A stretch of DNA of 64,000 nucleotides from Thermoflexus hugenholtzii JAD2 (GCA_945903275.1 CAMDNW010000001.1:128303-192302), one strand, 5' to 3'. Counted from the stretch's first letter, positions 48,902-59,418 are shown. The notes: a model not told the origin generated them from the letters alone. A program made the numbers and translations.

Positions 48902-51252
48902 TCGAACGCACCCGCGTGCGTGCGCGTCAGGCACGCTCCGTCGCCCTCCGCGCCTCACGTGCGGCGCTCGTCGCCGCGTCCCGTCGCGCGCACCCAATCG
49001 AGGACGGCCGGATGCGCCTCGCTGGCCTCGGAGCACCCGTCGAGGTGATCCGCGACCGCTTCGGTGTGCCCCACATATATGCCGCCTCCGCGCGTGATGC
49101 GTTCTTCGGACAGGGCTTCGTCCACGCGCAGGATCGGCTCTTCCAGATGGACTCGATGCGCCGCGCAGGGCAGGGCCGCATCGCCGAGTGGGCCGGCGCT
49201 CCCGCCATCGAGGCCGACCGCTTCCTGCGACGTCTTGGCTTCGCGGACATCGCAGCCCGTGACCTCGCCGCCTGCGGCGACGCCGAGCGCGCGCTGTTGG
49301 GCGCGTACACCGCTGGCGTGAACGCGGCGATCGCGACGCTGCCCGCGCTCCCGCCGGAGTACGCCTTCGTGGACGGCGCACCCGAACCCTGGCTGTCGGA
49401 GCACACCATGCTCCTTGGCCGCTTCGTGCTCTTCGCCTTCGCGCCGAACTGGGACACCGAACTGTTGCGTGAGCGCCTGCTCCGCGCGCTCGGCCCAGAG
49501 CGCGCCGCGGCCCTCGAACCTGTGACGCCGCCCACAGCCCGCACCGCCACCGGCGCGCCGACCGGCACCGCCGAGCGCATCTTCGAGGCATACCGGGCCG
49601 CCGTCGGCCTAGGTATGCCCGGTGGTGGCGGCTCGAATGCGTGGGCTGTGACATCGGCGCACACCACCACCAGCGCGCCGCTGTTGGCGAGCGACCCGCA
49701 CCTTGAATCGCGGATGCCCGGCCTCCTCCACATGAGTCACATCGTCGGAGGTGAGTTTGATGTCATTGGCGCGGGCGTCGCCGGCATCCCGCTCGTCGCG
49801 ATGGGCCACAACCGTGATGTCGCATGGGGCATCACGGCCGGCATGGCCGATGTTGCCGACTGCTACATCGAAACCGTCGACCCGGCCGACCCCAAGCGCT
49901 ACCTCGCCCCGGACGGCTGGCACACTGGCCGCACCCGCATCGAGCGCATCGAGGTTCGCGATGCTCCTCCGGTGATCGAGCACGTCCTCGAAACGCGCCA
50001 CGGCCCGGTGATCGGCACTGTGCTTCCCGGCGAGACGCGCGCCATCGCGCTCCGATCCACCGCGCTCGAATCTGGCGACCCGCTCACGCCTGTGCTCGCG
50101 ATGGATCGTGCCCGTGGTATCGAAGAACTCGACGCTGCCATCGGCCGCCGCCCCGGTGCGACGTTCAGTTACGTGTTCGCCTCGCGCGACGGGCGCATCG
50201 GCTACCGCATGTCCGGTAACGTGCTCCGTCATCAGGCAGGCGAAGGGCTGCTCCCACGTGACGGCGCAACGGCCCCCGATCCGCTGCCGCCGTTCGCGGA
50301 GGACGAGCTGCCGCACCGCCTCGACCCGCCGGACGGTGTGCTGGTGACATCAAACAATGCTCCCGGCTGGCCCACTGAACTCGGCGAAGACTGGTGCGAG
50401 AGCGCTCGCGCCGAGCGCATCGCGGAACTCATCGCGGCGCGCCCTACGCATGACATCGGCTCGTTCGCGGCGATCCAGCAAGACCGCCGCTCCGCCCTGT
50501 TGCTCCGCGTCCGCGTGCTACTCGATGGTGTCGCCGCGCTCGACGGCGCGCCGCGTGCTCACATCTCCGCCTGGGATGGCTCCGTCGAGGTGAACAGCGC
50601 CGCACCCGCCATCCTCGAATCAGTAGTCCGCGAGGCAGGCCGCATCCTCGCCCAGCGCGCCGCCGGTGCCGAGGCGTCCGTTCTGCTCGGCTCGGGTGTC
50701 GGCGCGGCAACCGCCGCGTCATCGTTCGGCTATCGCGCGCAGGGCTGGATCGTCCGCGCACTCGAGGCCGCCGCCCCGCCGTACTGTCAGGACGCCGCCG
50801 ATCGCGATCGCGTTCTCCGCACCGCTTCGCAACGCGCCATCGAGGCGCTCCGTACCCGCCTCGGCCCTGACCCCGCCCGCTGGCGCTGGGGCGACCTGCA
50901 CCACTGGCGGCTTCCGCACGCACTCGATGCTGTCTTCGGCCTTGGGAAGTGGTTCTCGCGCGGCCCATACCCGTTCCCCGGTGACGTGAACACCGTGCTG
51001 CAAGGTGGCATGACGCTCGCCCGCGACACTGACACGGTCGGCATCCTTCCCGGCTACCGCCAGATCATCGACCTCGCCGATTTCGACCGCTCTGTGTTCA
51101 TCCTCTCGACCGGCAACTCCGGCATCCCCGGCCACCCTCGCTATGGCGACTGCATCGAGGAGTTCCGCGAGGGCCAGTACCGCCCGCTGCTCTACACCCG
51201 TGCGGTGGTTCAGGCGCACACCGAGCACACGCTGACGTTGGAGCCTGCATGA
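48898..51252 (+). CDS. Penicillin-acylase (S45) family Ntn-hydrolase
   Basis: 784 aa; GVPHIYA..DAFFGQGFVHAQDRLFQMD; internal SNAW-type nucleophile region. Confidence 0.8.
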   Translation: MIERTRVRARQARSVALRASRAALVAASRRAHPIEDGRMRLAGLGAPVEVIRDRFGVPHIYAASARDAFFGQGFVHAQDRLFQMDSMRRAGQGRIAEWAGAPAIEADRFLRRLGFADIAARDLAACGDAERALLGAYTAGVNAAIATLPALPPEYAFVDGAPEPWLSEHTMLLGRFVLFAFAPNWDTELLRERLLRALGPERAAALEPVTPPTARTATGAPTGTAERIFEAYRAAVGLGMPGGGGSNAWAVTSAHTTTSAPLLASDPHLESRMPGLLHMSHIVGGEFDVIGAGVAGIPLVAMGHNRDVAWGITAGMADVADCYIETVDPADPKRYLAPDGWHTGRTRIERIEVRDAPPVIEHVLETRHGPVIGTVLPGETRAIALRSTALESGDPLTPVLAMDRARGIEELDAAIGRRPGATFSYVFASRDGRIGYRMSGNVLRHQAGEGLLPRDGATAPDPLPPFAEDELPHRLDPPDGVLVTSNNAPGWPTELGEDWCESARAERIAELIAARPTHDIGSFAAIQQDRRSALLLRVRVLLDGVAALDGAPRAHISAWDGSVEVNSAAPAILESVVREAGRILAQRAAGAEASVLLGSGVGAATAASSFGYRAQGWIVRALEAAAPPYCQDAADRDRVLRTASQRAIEALRTRLGPDPARWRWGDLHHWRLPHALDAVFGLGKWFSRGPYPFPGDVNTVLQGGMTLARDTDTVGILPGYRQIIDLADFDRSVFILSTGNSGIPGHPRYGDCIEEFREGQYRPLLYTRAVVQAHTEHTLTLEPA

Positions 51253-52265
51253 CCGAGCCGGTCGCCGACCGCATCGTCCGCTACCGGCCCCTCGTCATCG
51301 AGGAGTTGCGCGCCGTCGTCGGCAACGATCCCGCAGGCCTGTTCGCGTGGATGCGCTACCACCTCGGCTGGGAACACGCCGATGGCAGCCCCGCTGCCGA
51401 GTCGCCTGGTAAAATGCTGCGCTGCACCGCCGTGCTGCTCGCCGCCGAACTCGTCGGCGGCACTGCCGCATCAGCCGTACCCGCCGCCGCCGCTGTCGAC
51501 CTCGTCCACAATTTCTCGCTGCTGCACGACGACATCGAGGACAATAGCGAGACACGCCGCGGCCGCCCCACCGTCTGGACGTCCGCAGGCGTCCCACAGG
51601 CCATCAACACCGGCGACGGCATGTTCACCCTCGCCCGCCTCGCGATGCACCGCCTTCCCGCCGCAGGCCTCGATCCCGCCCGTGTCATCGAGGCGATGCG
51701 CGAACTCGACGATGCTTGCCTCCGTCTCGTCGAGGGCCAGTACCTCGATATGGCCTTCGAGACGCGCGCAGATGTGAGCCTCGACGAGTACGTCACCATG
51801 ATTTCCGGCAAGACCGCCGCCATGTTCGCCGCACCCTTCGCTATCGGCGCGCTGCTCGGTGGTGCCACCCCCGAAGTCGTAGCGGCCTTTCGCACCTTTG
51901 GCCGCTACGTTGGCCTCGCCTTTCAGGCGCTCGACGATCTCCTCGACTGCTGGGGCACACGCGAGGCGCTCGGCAAGGACCCCGGCGGTGACCTGCTCGC
52001 ACGCAAGAAGACGTACCCCGTCATCGCCGCCTGTGCCGCTTCTGAAGCGTTCACCCGCGCCTATGCGGTCCCTACCGCTTTCGGCGAGGACTACCGCACC
52101 CTTGCCGCGCTGGCCGAGTCAGCCGGTGGCCGCGCCGCGACCGAGGCGTGGGTGGACGGCCAACTGGCGGCAGCCCACGCGGCACTGGCCGGGGCGGGAC
52201 TTGATGCGGAAGCAGTCGCGTTGATGGACGAGTACCTGCGTACAGCGGCGGGCCGTCCCCGGTAG
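51249..52265 (+). CDS. Polyprenyl diphosphate synthase (GGPP synthase-like)
   Basis: FARM LLHDDIEDNSETRRG and SARM FQALDDLLD motifs. Confidence 0.85.
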   Translation: MTEPVADRIVRYRPLVIEELRAVVGNDPAGLFAWMRYHLGWEHADGSPAAESPGKMLRCTAVLLAAELVGGTAASAVPAAAAVDLVHNFSLLHDDIEDNSETRRGRPTVWTSAGVPQAINTGDGMFTLARLAMHRLPAAGLDPARVIEAMRELDDACLRLVEGQYLDMAFETRADVSLDEYVTMISGKTAAMFAAPFAIGALLGGATPEVVAAFRTFGRYVGLAFQALDDLLDCWGTREALGKDPGGDLLARKKTYPVIAACAASEAFTRAYAVPTAFGEDYRTLAALAESAGGRAATEAWVDGQLAAAHAALAGAGLDAEAVALMDEYLRTAAGRPR

Positions 52266-52344
52266 GGATATAGGTCACGCATCTGGTTGTGGTAGCGTGC
52301 CCTTCGCAGAATCTGCACGCAGCACCATCCGCGGGGGATGCTTG

Positions 52345-53526
52345 GTGAAGAAGAAGACGATTCGCGATGTCGACGTCCAGAGCAAGCGTGTCTTGCTCCG
52401 GGTCGACTACAACGTACAGGTGGATAACGGCCGCGTCGTCGATGACATGCGGCTCGTCGAGTCACTCCCGACAATCCGCGCGCTCCGCGATGCTGGCGCT
52501 TGCATCATCCTCTGCTCGCATCAGGGCCGCCCGAAGGGCGTCGACCACTCGCTGAGTAACGCGCCTATCGCGCGGCACCTCACGCAACTGCTCGGCATCC
52601 CGATCAAGATGACTGTCGACTGCATCGGCCCCGAGGCCGAAGCCGCATCATGCGCACTCAACCCCGGCGAGATTCTGATGCTGGAAAACATCCGCTTCCA
52701 CGCGGAAGAAGAAGAGAACGACGACGAGTTCTCCCTAGCACTCTCCCGCCTCGGTGACATCTATGTGAACGACGCCTTCGGCACTGCGCACCGCGCGCAC
52801 GCCTCGATTGTCGGTGTCACCAAGTACCTTCCTGCCTACGCTGGTTTGCTCCTCGAACGTGAGATCGACTACCTCTCCCGCGTCACCGATGATCCCGAGC
52901 GTCCCTTCGGGATCATCCTTGGCGGCTCCAAAGTTTCCGACAAGATCGGCATTCTTGAGCACCTTGTCGGCAAGGCCGATGTCATCTGCATCGGCGGCGC
53001 CATCGCCAACACATTCCTGAAAGCGCGCGGTATCGATGTCGCCGACTCGCTCGTGGAGAACGATGGTCTCGCTGGCGCGCGCTACATCATGGCGCTCGCC
53101 GAGCACACCGGTGGCATCGAGATCGTCTTGCCCTCCGATGTGGTCGTCGCCTTCGGCAACGCCGAGGAAGGCCACGTCCGCACGGTCTCCGTCGCGCAGG
53201 TGCCGGTGAACTGGCGCATCCTCGATGTTGGCGCGGGCACAGTGCAGTCGTTCGCGACTGCACTCCAGCCGGTGAAGACCGTGGTCTGGAACGGCCCAGT
53301 CGGCCTGTTCGAGCGCCAGCCGTTCGACCGCGGCTCGCTCGCGGTCGCTCGTATCCTCTCGGAACTCCGCGCCACCACTGTCGTCGGCGGTGGTGAGACC
53401 GCTGCGGTGGTAAACCGCGCTGGCCTCGCCAGCCGCATCTCACACATCTCCACCGGGGGCGGCGCGTCGCTCCAGATGCTCCAAGGAAAATCACTTCCTG
53501 CAGTCGACGTGCTGCTCGATGCCTAG
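52345..53526 (+). CDS. pgk: Phosphoglycerate kinase
   Basis: KKKTIRDVDVQSKRVLLRVDYNV N-terminus; GTG start. Confidence 0.9.
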   Translation: MKKKTIRDVDVQSKRVLLRVDYNVQVDNGRVVDDMRLVESLPTIRALRDAGACIILCSHQGRPKGVDHSLSNAPIARHLTQLLGIPIKMTVDCIGPEAEAASCALNPGEILMLENIRFHAEEEENDDEFSLALSRLGDIYVNDAFGTAHRAHASIVGVTKYLPAYAGLLLEREIDYLSRVTDDPERPFGIILGGSKVSDKIGILEHLVGKADVICIGGAIANTFLKARGIDVADSLVENDGLAGARYIMALAEHTGGIEIVLPSDVVVAFGNAEEGHVRTVSVAQVPVNWRILDVGAGTVQSFATALQPVKTVVWNGPVGLFERQPFDRGSLAVARILSELRATTVVGGGETAAVVNRAGLASRISHISTGGGASLQMLQGKSLPAVDVLLDA

Positions 53527-53546
53527 CCTGCGAGGAATACCGTTGC

Positions 53547-54749
53547 ATGGATATTGAACTCATCCGCCGCCTGTCCACGCCCGCCGATACCAAGGTGGTG
53601 CTCTGCGTGATGGACGGTCTCGGCGGCATGCCCGGCCCCCGAGGCCGCACGGAACTCGAGGAAGCCACGCCCCGCCACCTCGACCGCCTCGCTGCGGAAG
53701 GTACAGTCGGGATGACCATACCGGTCGGCTACGGCATCACCACCGGCTCCGGCCCCGGCCACCTCGCGCTCTTCGGTTACGACCCGCTTCAATTCGAGAT
53801 CGGCCGTGGTGCGTTGGAGGCGACTGGCATCGACTTCGCCCTCGGCCCGGATGACCTCGCCGCACGCGGCAACCTCTGCACCGTCGATGCCGCAGGCATC
53901 ATCACCGACCGCCGCGCCGGCCGCGTCGACACCGAGACGACCGCCGAGATATGCGGCCTGCTCGAACGCGAGATACACCTCCCCGGCGTCGAACTCTTCG
54001 TAAAGCCGGTGCGCGAGCACCGTTTCGCGCTCATTCTGCGCGGCCCCGGCTTGCACTCCGGACTGAACGAGACCGACCCACAGCGCGAAGGCGTCGCGCC
54101 ACTCGGCGTCGTGGCGCTCGACCCTGCCGCTGAGCCGACCGCCGTCCTCGTCCGCCAGTTCGTCACTGAGGCGCGCCGATTGCTGATGGATCGCACGCAG
54201 GCCAACGCGCTCACGCTGCGTGGCTGGGATCACCGGCCCAACATGCCGCAGATGCCGGAACTCTGGAAACTGCGCGCCGCTGCCGTTGCCGTCTATCCGA
54301 TGTATCGGGGTCTCTCGCGACTCGTCGGCATGGACGTGCTCGACTGTGGCACAAACATCGAGTCGCAGGTCGAGACCATCAAGCAGCACTGGCACGACTA
54401 CGACTTCTTCTTCCTGCACTTCAAATACACGGACAGCGCTGGTGAGGATGGTGACTTTGCCCGCAAGACGCAGATGATTCGTGACTTCGACGCGCACATC
54501 CCATCGCTGCTCGCGCTCAAGCCGAACGTCCTCGTGGTCGCTGGCGACCACTCCACGCCGGCGGTGATGGCCGATCACTCGTGGCATCCAGTGCCCGTGT
54601 TGATCTCCGGTGACCACGTTCGTACTGACGCCGCCCACCGCTTCAACGAGCCCGAGTGCATCGTCGGTGGCCTCGGTACCTTCCCTGCCAAGGAACTGCT
54701 GCCGATCGCGTTCGCGCACGCACGGCGGCTCTCCAGATTCGGAGCGTAG
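53547..54749 (+). CDS. apgM: 2,3-bisphosphoglycerate-independent phosphoglycerate mutase, archaeal-type
   Basis: VVLCVMDGLGG metal-site motif; 400 aa; between pgk and tpiA. Confidence 0.8.
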   Translation: MDIELIRRLSTPADTKVVLCVMDGLGGMPGPRGRTELEEATPRHLDRLAAEGTVGMTIPVGYGITTGSGPGHLALFGYDPLQFEIGRGALEATGIDFALGPDDLAARGNLCTVDAAGIITDRRAGRVDTETTAEICGLLEREIHLPGVELFVKPVREHRFALILRGPGLHSGLNETDPQREGVAPLGVVALDPAAEPTAVLVRQFVTEARRLLMDRTQANALTLRGWDHRPNMPQMPELWKLRAAAVAVYPMYRGLSRLVGMDVLDCGTNIESQVETIKQHWHDYDFFFLHFKYTDSAGEDGDFARKTQMIRDFDAHIPSLLALKPNVLVVAGDHSTPAVMADHSWHPVPVLISGDHVRTDAAHRFNEPECIVGGLGTFPAKELLPIAFAHARRLSRFGA

Positions 54750-54751
54750 TT

Positions 54752-55516
54752 ATGGCCCGCACACCCATCATCGGTGGCAACTGGAAACTGAACCTCGGCC
54801 GCACCCCCGCGCGCGACCTGCTCACCGCCCTCCGCGCCTCCCTCGACGGCATCGCGGGCGTCGAGGTGGTCGTCTGCCCGCCCGCCCCGTGGCTTGGCGA
54901 TGCCGCCGACATCCTTCGCGGCAGTTCCATTGGCGTCGGTGCACAGAACGTCTACTGGCAGCCGCAGGGCGCGTTCACCGGCGAGGTGAGCGCGGCGCTG
55001 CTTGCCGGCGTTGTGGACTACGTGATCGTCGGGCACTCCGAGCGCCGCCACGTCTTCCACGAGACTGCCGAGGAGACCAACAAGAAACTCCAGACCGTAC
55101 TCGGTCTTGGCATGCAGCCGTTCTTCGCTGTCGGCGAACTGCGCGAGGAGCGCGAGTCCGGCCGCACCAACGATGTGCTGAAGCGCCAGTTGCTCGTCGG
55201 CTTCACCGACATCGAACCGCTGCCCGAGGGCTTCGTCGTTGCTTACGAGCCGGTCTGGGCTATTGGCACCGGCCTCACCGCGACACCGGAGATCGCGCAG
55301 CAGACCTGCGCCGATATCCGCGCCATTGTCGCCGGACGCTACGGCGAAGCGACCGCCGAGGCGTGCCGCATCCAGTACGGCGGCTCCGCCAATGCGGAGA
55401 ACGCAGGCAACCTGATGAGTCAGCCCGATATCGACGGCCTACTTGTCGGCGGCGCGGCGCTCCAGGCTGAGTCGTTCACCGCGATCTGCAAGGCGGCGGC
55501 CGCCGCGACGGTCTAG
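54752..55516 (+). CDS. tpiA: Triosephosphate isomerase
   Basis: IIGGNWKLN, VGHSERR, AYEPVWAIGTG motifs. Confidence 0.92.
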   Translation: MARTPIIGGNWKLNLGRTPARDLLTALRASLDGIAGVEVVVCPPAPWLGDAADILRGSSIGVGAQNVYWQPQGAFTGEVSAALLAGVVDYVIVGHSERRHVFHETAEETNKKLQTVLGLGMQPFFAVGELREERESGRTNDVLKRQLLVGFTDIEPLPEGFVVAYEPVWAIGTGLTATPEIAQQTCADIRAIVAGRYGEATAEACRIQYGGSANAENAGNLMSQPDIDGLLVGGAALQAESFTAICKAAAAATV

Positions 55517-55526
55517 CCGCCCGCCC

Positions 55527-56426
55527 ATGCCCGATCGCTGCCTCATCGCCATCGTCGGCGCCACCGCGTCCGGCAAGACAGCCGTCGCCATCGAGGCCGC
55601 CCGCCGTCTTCCGGTCGAGGTCATCTCCGCCGATTCGCGTCAGCTGCGTGCCGGGATGTGCATCGGTACCGCGGCCCCTACTGCCGAGGAACTCGCTGCC
55701 GTCCCCCATCATCTCATCGGCCACGTCCCATCTGACGCGCCCTATTCGCTCGCTGACTTTCTTCGCGAGGCCCGCGCTGCGCTCGATGACATCTGGTCGC
55801 GTGGCAAGCAACCGCTACTCGTCGGCGGCACCGGCCAGTACGTCTGGGCGCTCCTTGAAGGCTGGCAGCCCCCCGCCGTCGAACCCAACCCCACCCTCCG
55901 AGCCGAACTGGAGACCCAGACCGTCGAGGCGCTCCACGCCCGGCTCAACGTGCTGGATGCCGCCGCTACCGCCCGGGTCGACGCCCGCAACCCGCGCCGC
56001 CTCATCCGCGCCATCGAGGTTGCCCTGTCTGGTGCCCTGCGGGCCGAGGCTGTCCCGCCTGACTTCACCTCGCGCGTCATTGGCCTTCACTGGCCTCGTG
56101 AGGTCATCCACGCCCGTGCTGATGCCCGCACCGAGGCCATGTACGCCACCGGACTCGTCGAGGAGACCCGCGACCTCCTCACTCAGTACTCGTCCGGTCT
56201 GCCAGCCCTCCGCACCATCGGCTACGCCGAGGCCGCCCGCGTTGTTTCCGGCGAGTGGGATGTCCCCACAGCCATCGCGCGTACGAAGATCGCCACCCAT
56301 CGCCTGATCCGGATGCAGGCTGCTTGGTTCCGCGCCGATGACCCACGTATCGACTGGCTATCGGGCGCTGGCATCGAGGCTGCGGCTCTAGCGGTTGAGG
56401 CTGCGAGCGGCGCGCGGGTAGGATGA
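55527..56426 (+). CDS. miaA: tRNA dimethylallyltransferase
   Basis: GATASGKT P-loop; ADSRQ motif. Confidence 0.88.
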   Translation: MPDRCLIAIVGATASGKTAVAIEAARRLPVEVISADSRQLRAGMCIGTAAPTAEELAAVPHHLIGHVPSDAPYSLADFLREARAALDDIWSRGKQPLLVGGTGQYVWALLEGWQPPAVEPNPTLRAELETQTVEALHARLNVLDAAATARVDARNPRRLIRAIEVALSGALRAEAVPPDFTSRVIGLHWPREVIHARADARTEAMYATGLVEETRDLLTQYSSGLPALRTIGYAEAARVVSGEWDVPTAIARTKIATHRLIRMQAAWFRADDPRIDWLSGAGIEAAALAVEAASGARVG

Positions 56427-56433
56427 TTCAACG

Positions 56434-57294
56434 ATGACAGCCATGCCCTTCTGGAAAATGCACGGCACCGGGAACGACTTTGTCCTCATGGAGTCGGACA
56501 AACTCGACGCCGACTGGCCCGGTCTCGCCCATCGCATCTGCGATCGCCACTTCGGCGTCGGTGCTGACGGGCTGATCGTGGCCTTCCCTTCTGCGGTCGC
56601 CGACCGCCGTATGCGCATCTTCAACCCCGATGGCTCCGAGCCCGAGATGTGCGGCAACGGCATCCGCTGCTTCGTGAAGTATCTGCTCGACCGCGGCTCC
56701 GCTCAGGCGCGTGACGGCGTGCTCCGCATCCAGACCGAGGCGGGCGTCCTTGAGGCGCGTGCCACCCGTGACGCGGCGGGCCTCGTCCAGACCGTCCGTG
56801 TGGCGATGGGCGCGCCGCGCCTCCGCCCGCAGGACATCGGCGCGCTCGTCGAGATGCCCGCGCCCGTGCGCGACCTCCCGCTCATCGCCGCCGATGAGCC
56901 GCTGGCGCTCACTCTCGTTTCGATAGGCAACCCGCACGCTGTGCACTTCCTCGGCGCATCGCCTGATGGCTTCGATCTCGAACGTATCGGCCCTGCCGTC
57001 GAGCACGACCCGCTCTTCGTGCATCGCACGAATTTCGAGGTTGTCCAGGTGCGTGACCGCGCCCACATGGACATGCGGGTGTGGGAGCGCGGCGCAGGCC
57101 TCACGCTCTCCTGCGGCACCGGCGCCTGCGCCGCCGTCGTTGCCGCCCGGCTGCACGATCGCGTTGATGACGAAGTAGAAGTGCGGCTGCCCGGCGGCTC
57201 ATTGCGTATCACCTGGGACGGCGCGGGCGAGGTCTACCTCGAAGGCCCGGCCGCGCGAGTCTTCGAATCAGTATGGGAGGACGGACAGCCATGA
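56434..57294 (+). CDS. dapF: Diaminopimelate epimerase
   Basis: FWKMHGTGNDFVL; catalytic Cys pair (NPDGSEPEMCGNG, LSCGTGACA). Confidence 0.9.
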   Translation: MTAMPFWKMHGTGNDFVLMESDKLDADWPGLAHRICDRHFGVGADGLIVAFPSAVADRRMRIFNPDGSEPEMCGNGIRCFVKYLLDRGSAQARDGVLRIQTEAGVLEARATRDAAGLVQTVRVAMGAPRLRPQDIGALVEMPAPVRDLPLIAADEPLALTLVSIGNPHAVHFLGASPDGFDLERIGPAVEHDPLFVHRTNFEVVQVRDRAHMDMRVWERGAGLTLSCGTGACAAVVAARLHDRVDDEVEVRLPGGSLRITWDGAGEVYLEGPAARVFESVWEDGQP

Positions 57295-58175
57295 CGACGG
57301 AACGCCGCCAGATGCAGCAGTTCGATATCGCCGTGCGCAACGCGCCTATTCGTCCGCGCGAATGGGAACGCCTGCTCGGCCAGCCTGACACCGAGGCGCT
57401 CCAGACCGCCGGTGCGGAGATGGCCCTTGTCATGCAGCAGGGCCAGTTGCACCTCATGTTCGCCTTCGAGTCGAAGGAGGTGCTCACCACCGCCTTCAAC
57501 CCGATGTGGAACGCACTCCAAAAGCGTCTGCAGCAGTTCAACGTCCCCTATGTGAAACTCGACCTCGTCGCCTTCACGGTGCGCGAGTGGCTCGACCCCA
57601 TGCTGGAGATGCACGGTTTCCTCTCCACCCCCGAATGGATGGACCTCGAACACCGCGCCCTCGTAGAGGTCACGCCACCCGAGGTACCCGCTGGCCTCTC
57701 CATCCGCCGCGCCACCGCCGATGACCATGACCGCATTGTCGCCATTGAGGCTGACTCCTACGGCGCCGCCGCCGACGGCGCCGAGGCGACTCGCGTTCGC
57801 CTCGCGGACGCCGCCTGGGCTGGCGTGCTTGTCGAGGAGGGCGCGGTCATTGGCTACGCCATCAACACCGCACCAGATGCCGGCATCGGCCGCGTGCTCT
57901 CCTGCGCCATCGCCAACGAGGCGTGGGGCCGCGGCTTGGGCAAGGTGATGCTCGGCGCGGCCACCTATCAGCTCGCCTCAGTGGAGGCCCGTCAGGCCAT
58001 CGTGCGCGGCCGTCCGGATGTGCCGCGCTCGTTGCCCACCGCGGTCGCCGTCGGCTACCGCCCCGGCCGCTCCGGCTTCGAACTGCGCCGCACCACCGAC
58101 GAGAAGGCGCTTGCCGACCGCATCAAGCAGCGCCAGGTGGACGGCGTGAAGGTCCGTTTCGGCCGCTGGCACTAG
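57291..58175 (+). CDS. GNAT-family N-acetyltransferase with ~130-aa N-terminal domain of unknown function
   Basis: C-terminal GNAT motif A region (VIGYAIN...GRGLGKVML); overlaps dapF stop (ATGA). Confidence 0.6.
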   Translation: MTTERRQMQQFDIAVRNAPIRPREWERLLGQPDTEALQTAGAEMALVMQQGQLHLMFAFESKEVLTTAFNPMWNALQKRLQQFNVPYVKLDLVAFTVREWLDPMLEMHGFLSTPEWMDLEHRALVEVTPPEVPAGLSIRRATADDHDRIVAIEADSYGAAADGAEATRVRLADAAWAGVLVEEGAVIGYAINTAPDAGIGRVLSCAIANEAWGRGLGKVMLGAATYQLASVEARQAIVRGRPDVPRSLPTAVAVGYRPGRSGFELRRTTDEKALADRIKQRQVDGVKVRFGRWH

Positions 58176-58233
58176 CCGCCGCGATCCTCGACACTCTCGC
58201 TTCGAGACTGTGTATCGCAGCGTGGAGGCCCGG

Positions 58234-59418
58234 ATGAAACTCGCGCGTCGTGTCGAGCAACTGCCGCCGTATCTGTTTGCGCGCATCTCTGAACTGATCG
58301 CCGCCAAACGCGCCGAAGGTGTCGACGTAATCTCGTTCGGCATCGGCGACCCGGATATCCCTACCCCCGGTTACATCCTCGATAGCCTCAAGCAGGCATC
58401 CGATGTCGCTGCGAATCACCGCTACCCGGAAACCGAAGGCCTCCCCGAGTTCCGCGAGGCCGTCGCGCGCTGGTATCAACGCCGTCACGGTGTCACCCTC
58501 GACCCCGCCCGCGAGGTCGTCTCGCTCATCGGCTCCAAGGAAGGCATCGGCCACTTCCCGCTGGTGCTCATCGATCCCGGTGATGTAGCCCTGATGACCG
58601 ACCCCGGCTACCCCGTCTACGAGATCGGCACCATGTTCTGCGGCGGTGAGGCGGTCAAAGTCCCGCTCACCGAGGAAGATGGCTGGCTTCCGCGTCTCGA
58701 TGACATCCCCGCCGACCTCGCGGATCGCGCGAAACTGATCTGGCTCAACTACCCCAATAACCCCACAGGCGCCGTCACCGACCTCGCCTTCTTCGAGCGC
58801 GCCGTCGCCTGGGCCAAGCGCCACGATGTGATCATCGCCCACGACCTCGCCTACTCGGAGGTCACGTTCGACGGCTACGTCGCCCCCTCCATCCTCGAGG
58901 TTGATGGCGCGCGCGATGTCGCCATCGAGTTCAACTCGCTCTCCAAGTCGTTCAATATGACCGGCTGGCGCATCGGTATGGCCGTCGGCAATGCCACGCT
59001 CATCGATGCCCTCCGCCGTGTGAAGTCCAACCTCGACAGCGGCGTGCCGCAGGCCGTGCAGCAGATGGCCATTACCGCTCTCGACGGCCCCCCCGCGGCT
59101 ATCGAGGCCCACAACGACATCTACCGCGCCCGCCGCGACCGTGTGATCGAGGTGCTCCACGCCCTCGGCCTCCGCGTTGACCCGCCCAAGGCCTCGCTCT
59201 ACGTCTGGGCGCGGCTCCCCGGGGGCGAGTCGTCATCGGCGGCCTACGCCGCACGGCTCATCGATGCCACGGGCGTCGTCGTGACCCCGGGCATCTCCTA
59301 CGGCCCGGCCGGTGAGGGCTACATCCGCCTCTCGCTAACCCTCCCCGACGCCCGTGTCGAGGAGGGTTTGCGCCGCCTCAGCGCCTTCGCCCGCGGCGAG
59401 ACGGTACTCAACCGCTAG
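58234..59418 (+). CDS. dapL: LL-diaminopimelate aminotransferase
   Basis: LPPYLFARI...FGIGDPD...SLSKSFNMTGWR (PLP Lys) typical DapL pattern; GGAGG SD. Confidence 0.8.
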   Translation: MKLARRVEQLPPYLFARISELIAAKRAEGVDVISFGIGDPDIPTPGYILDSLKQASDVAANHRYPETEGLPEFREAVARWYQRRHGVTLDPAREVVSLIGSKEGIGHFPLVLIDPGDVALMTDPGYPVYEIGTMFCGGEAVKVPLTEEDGWLPRLDDIPADLADRAKLIWLNYPNNPTGAVTDLAFFERAVAWAKRHDVIIAHDLAYSEVTFDGYVAPSILEVDGARDVAIEFNSLSKSFNMTGWRIGMAVGNATLIDALRRVKSNLDSGVPQAVQQMAITALDGPPAAIEAHNDIYRARRDRVIEVLHALGLRVDPPKASLYVWARLPGGESSSAAYAARLIDATGVVVTPGISYGPAGEGYIRLSLTLPDARVEEGLRRLSAFARGETVLNR

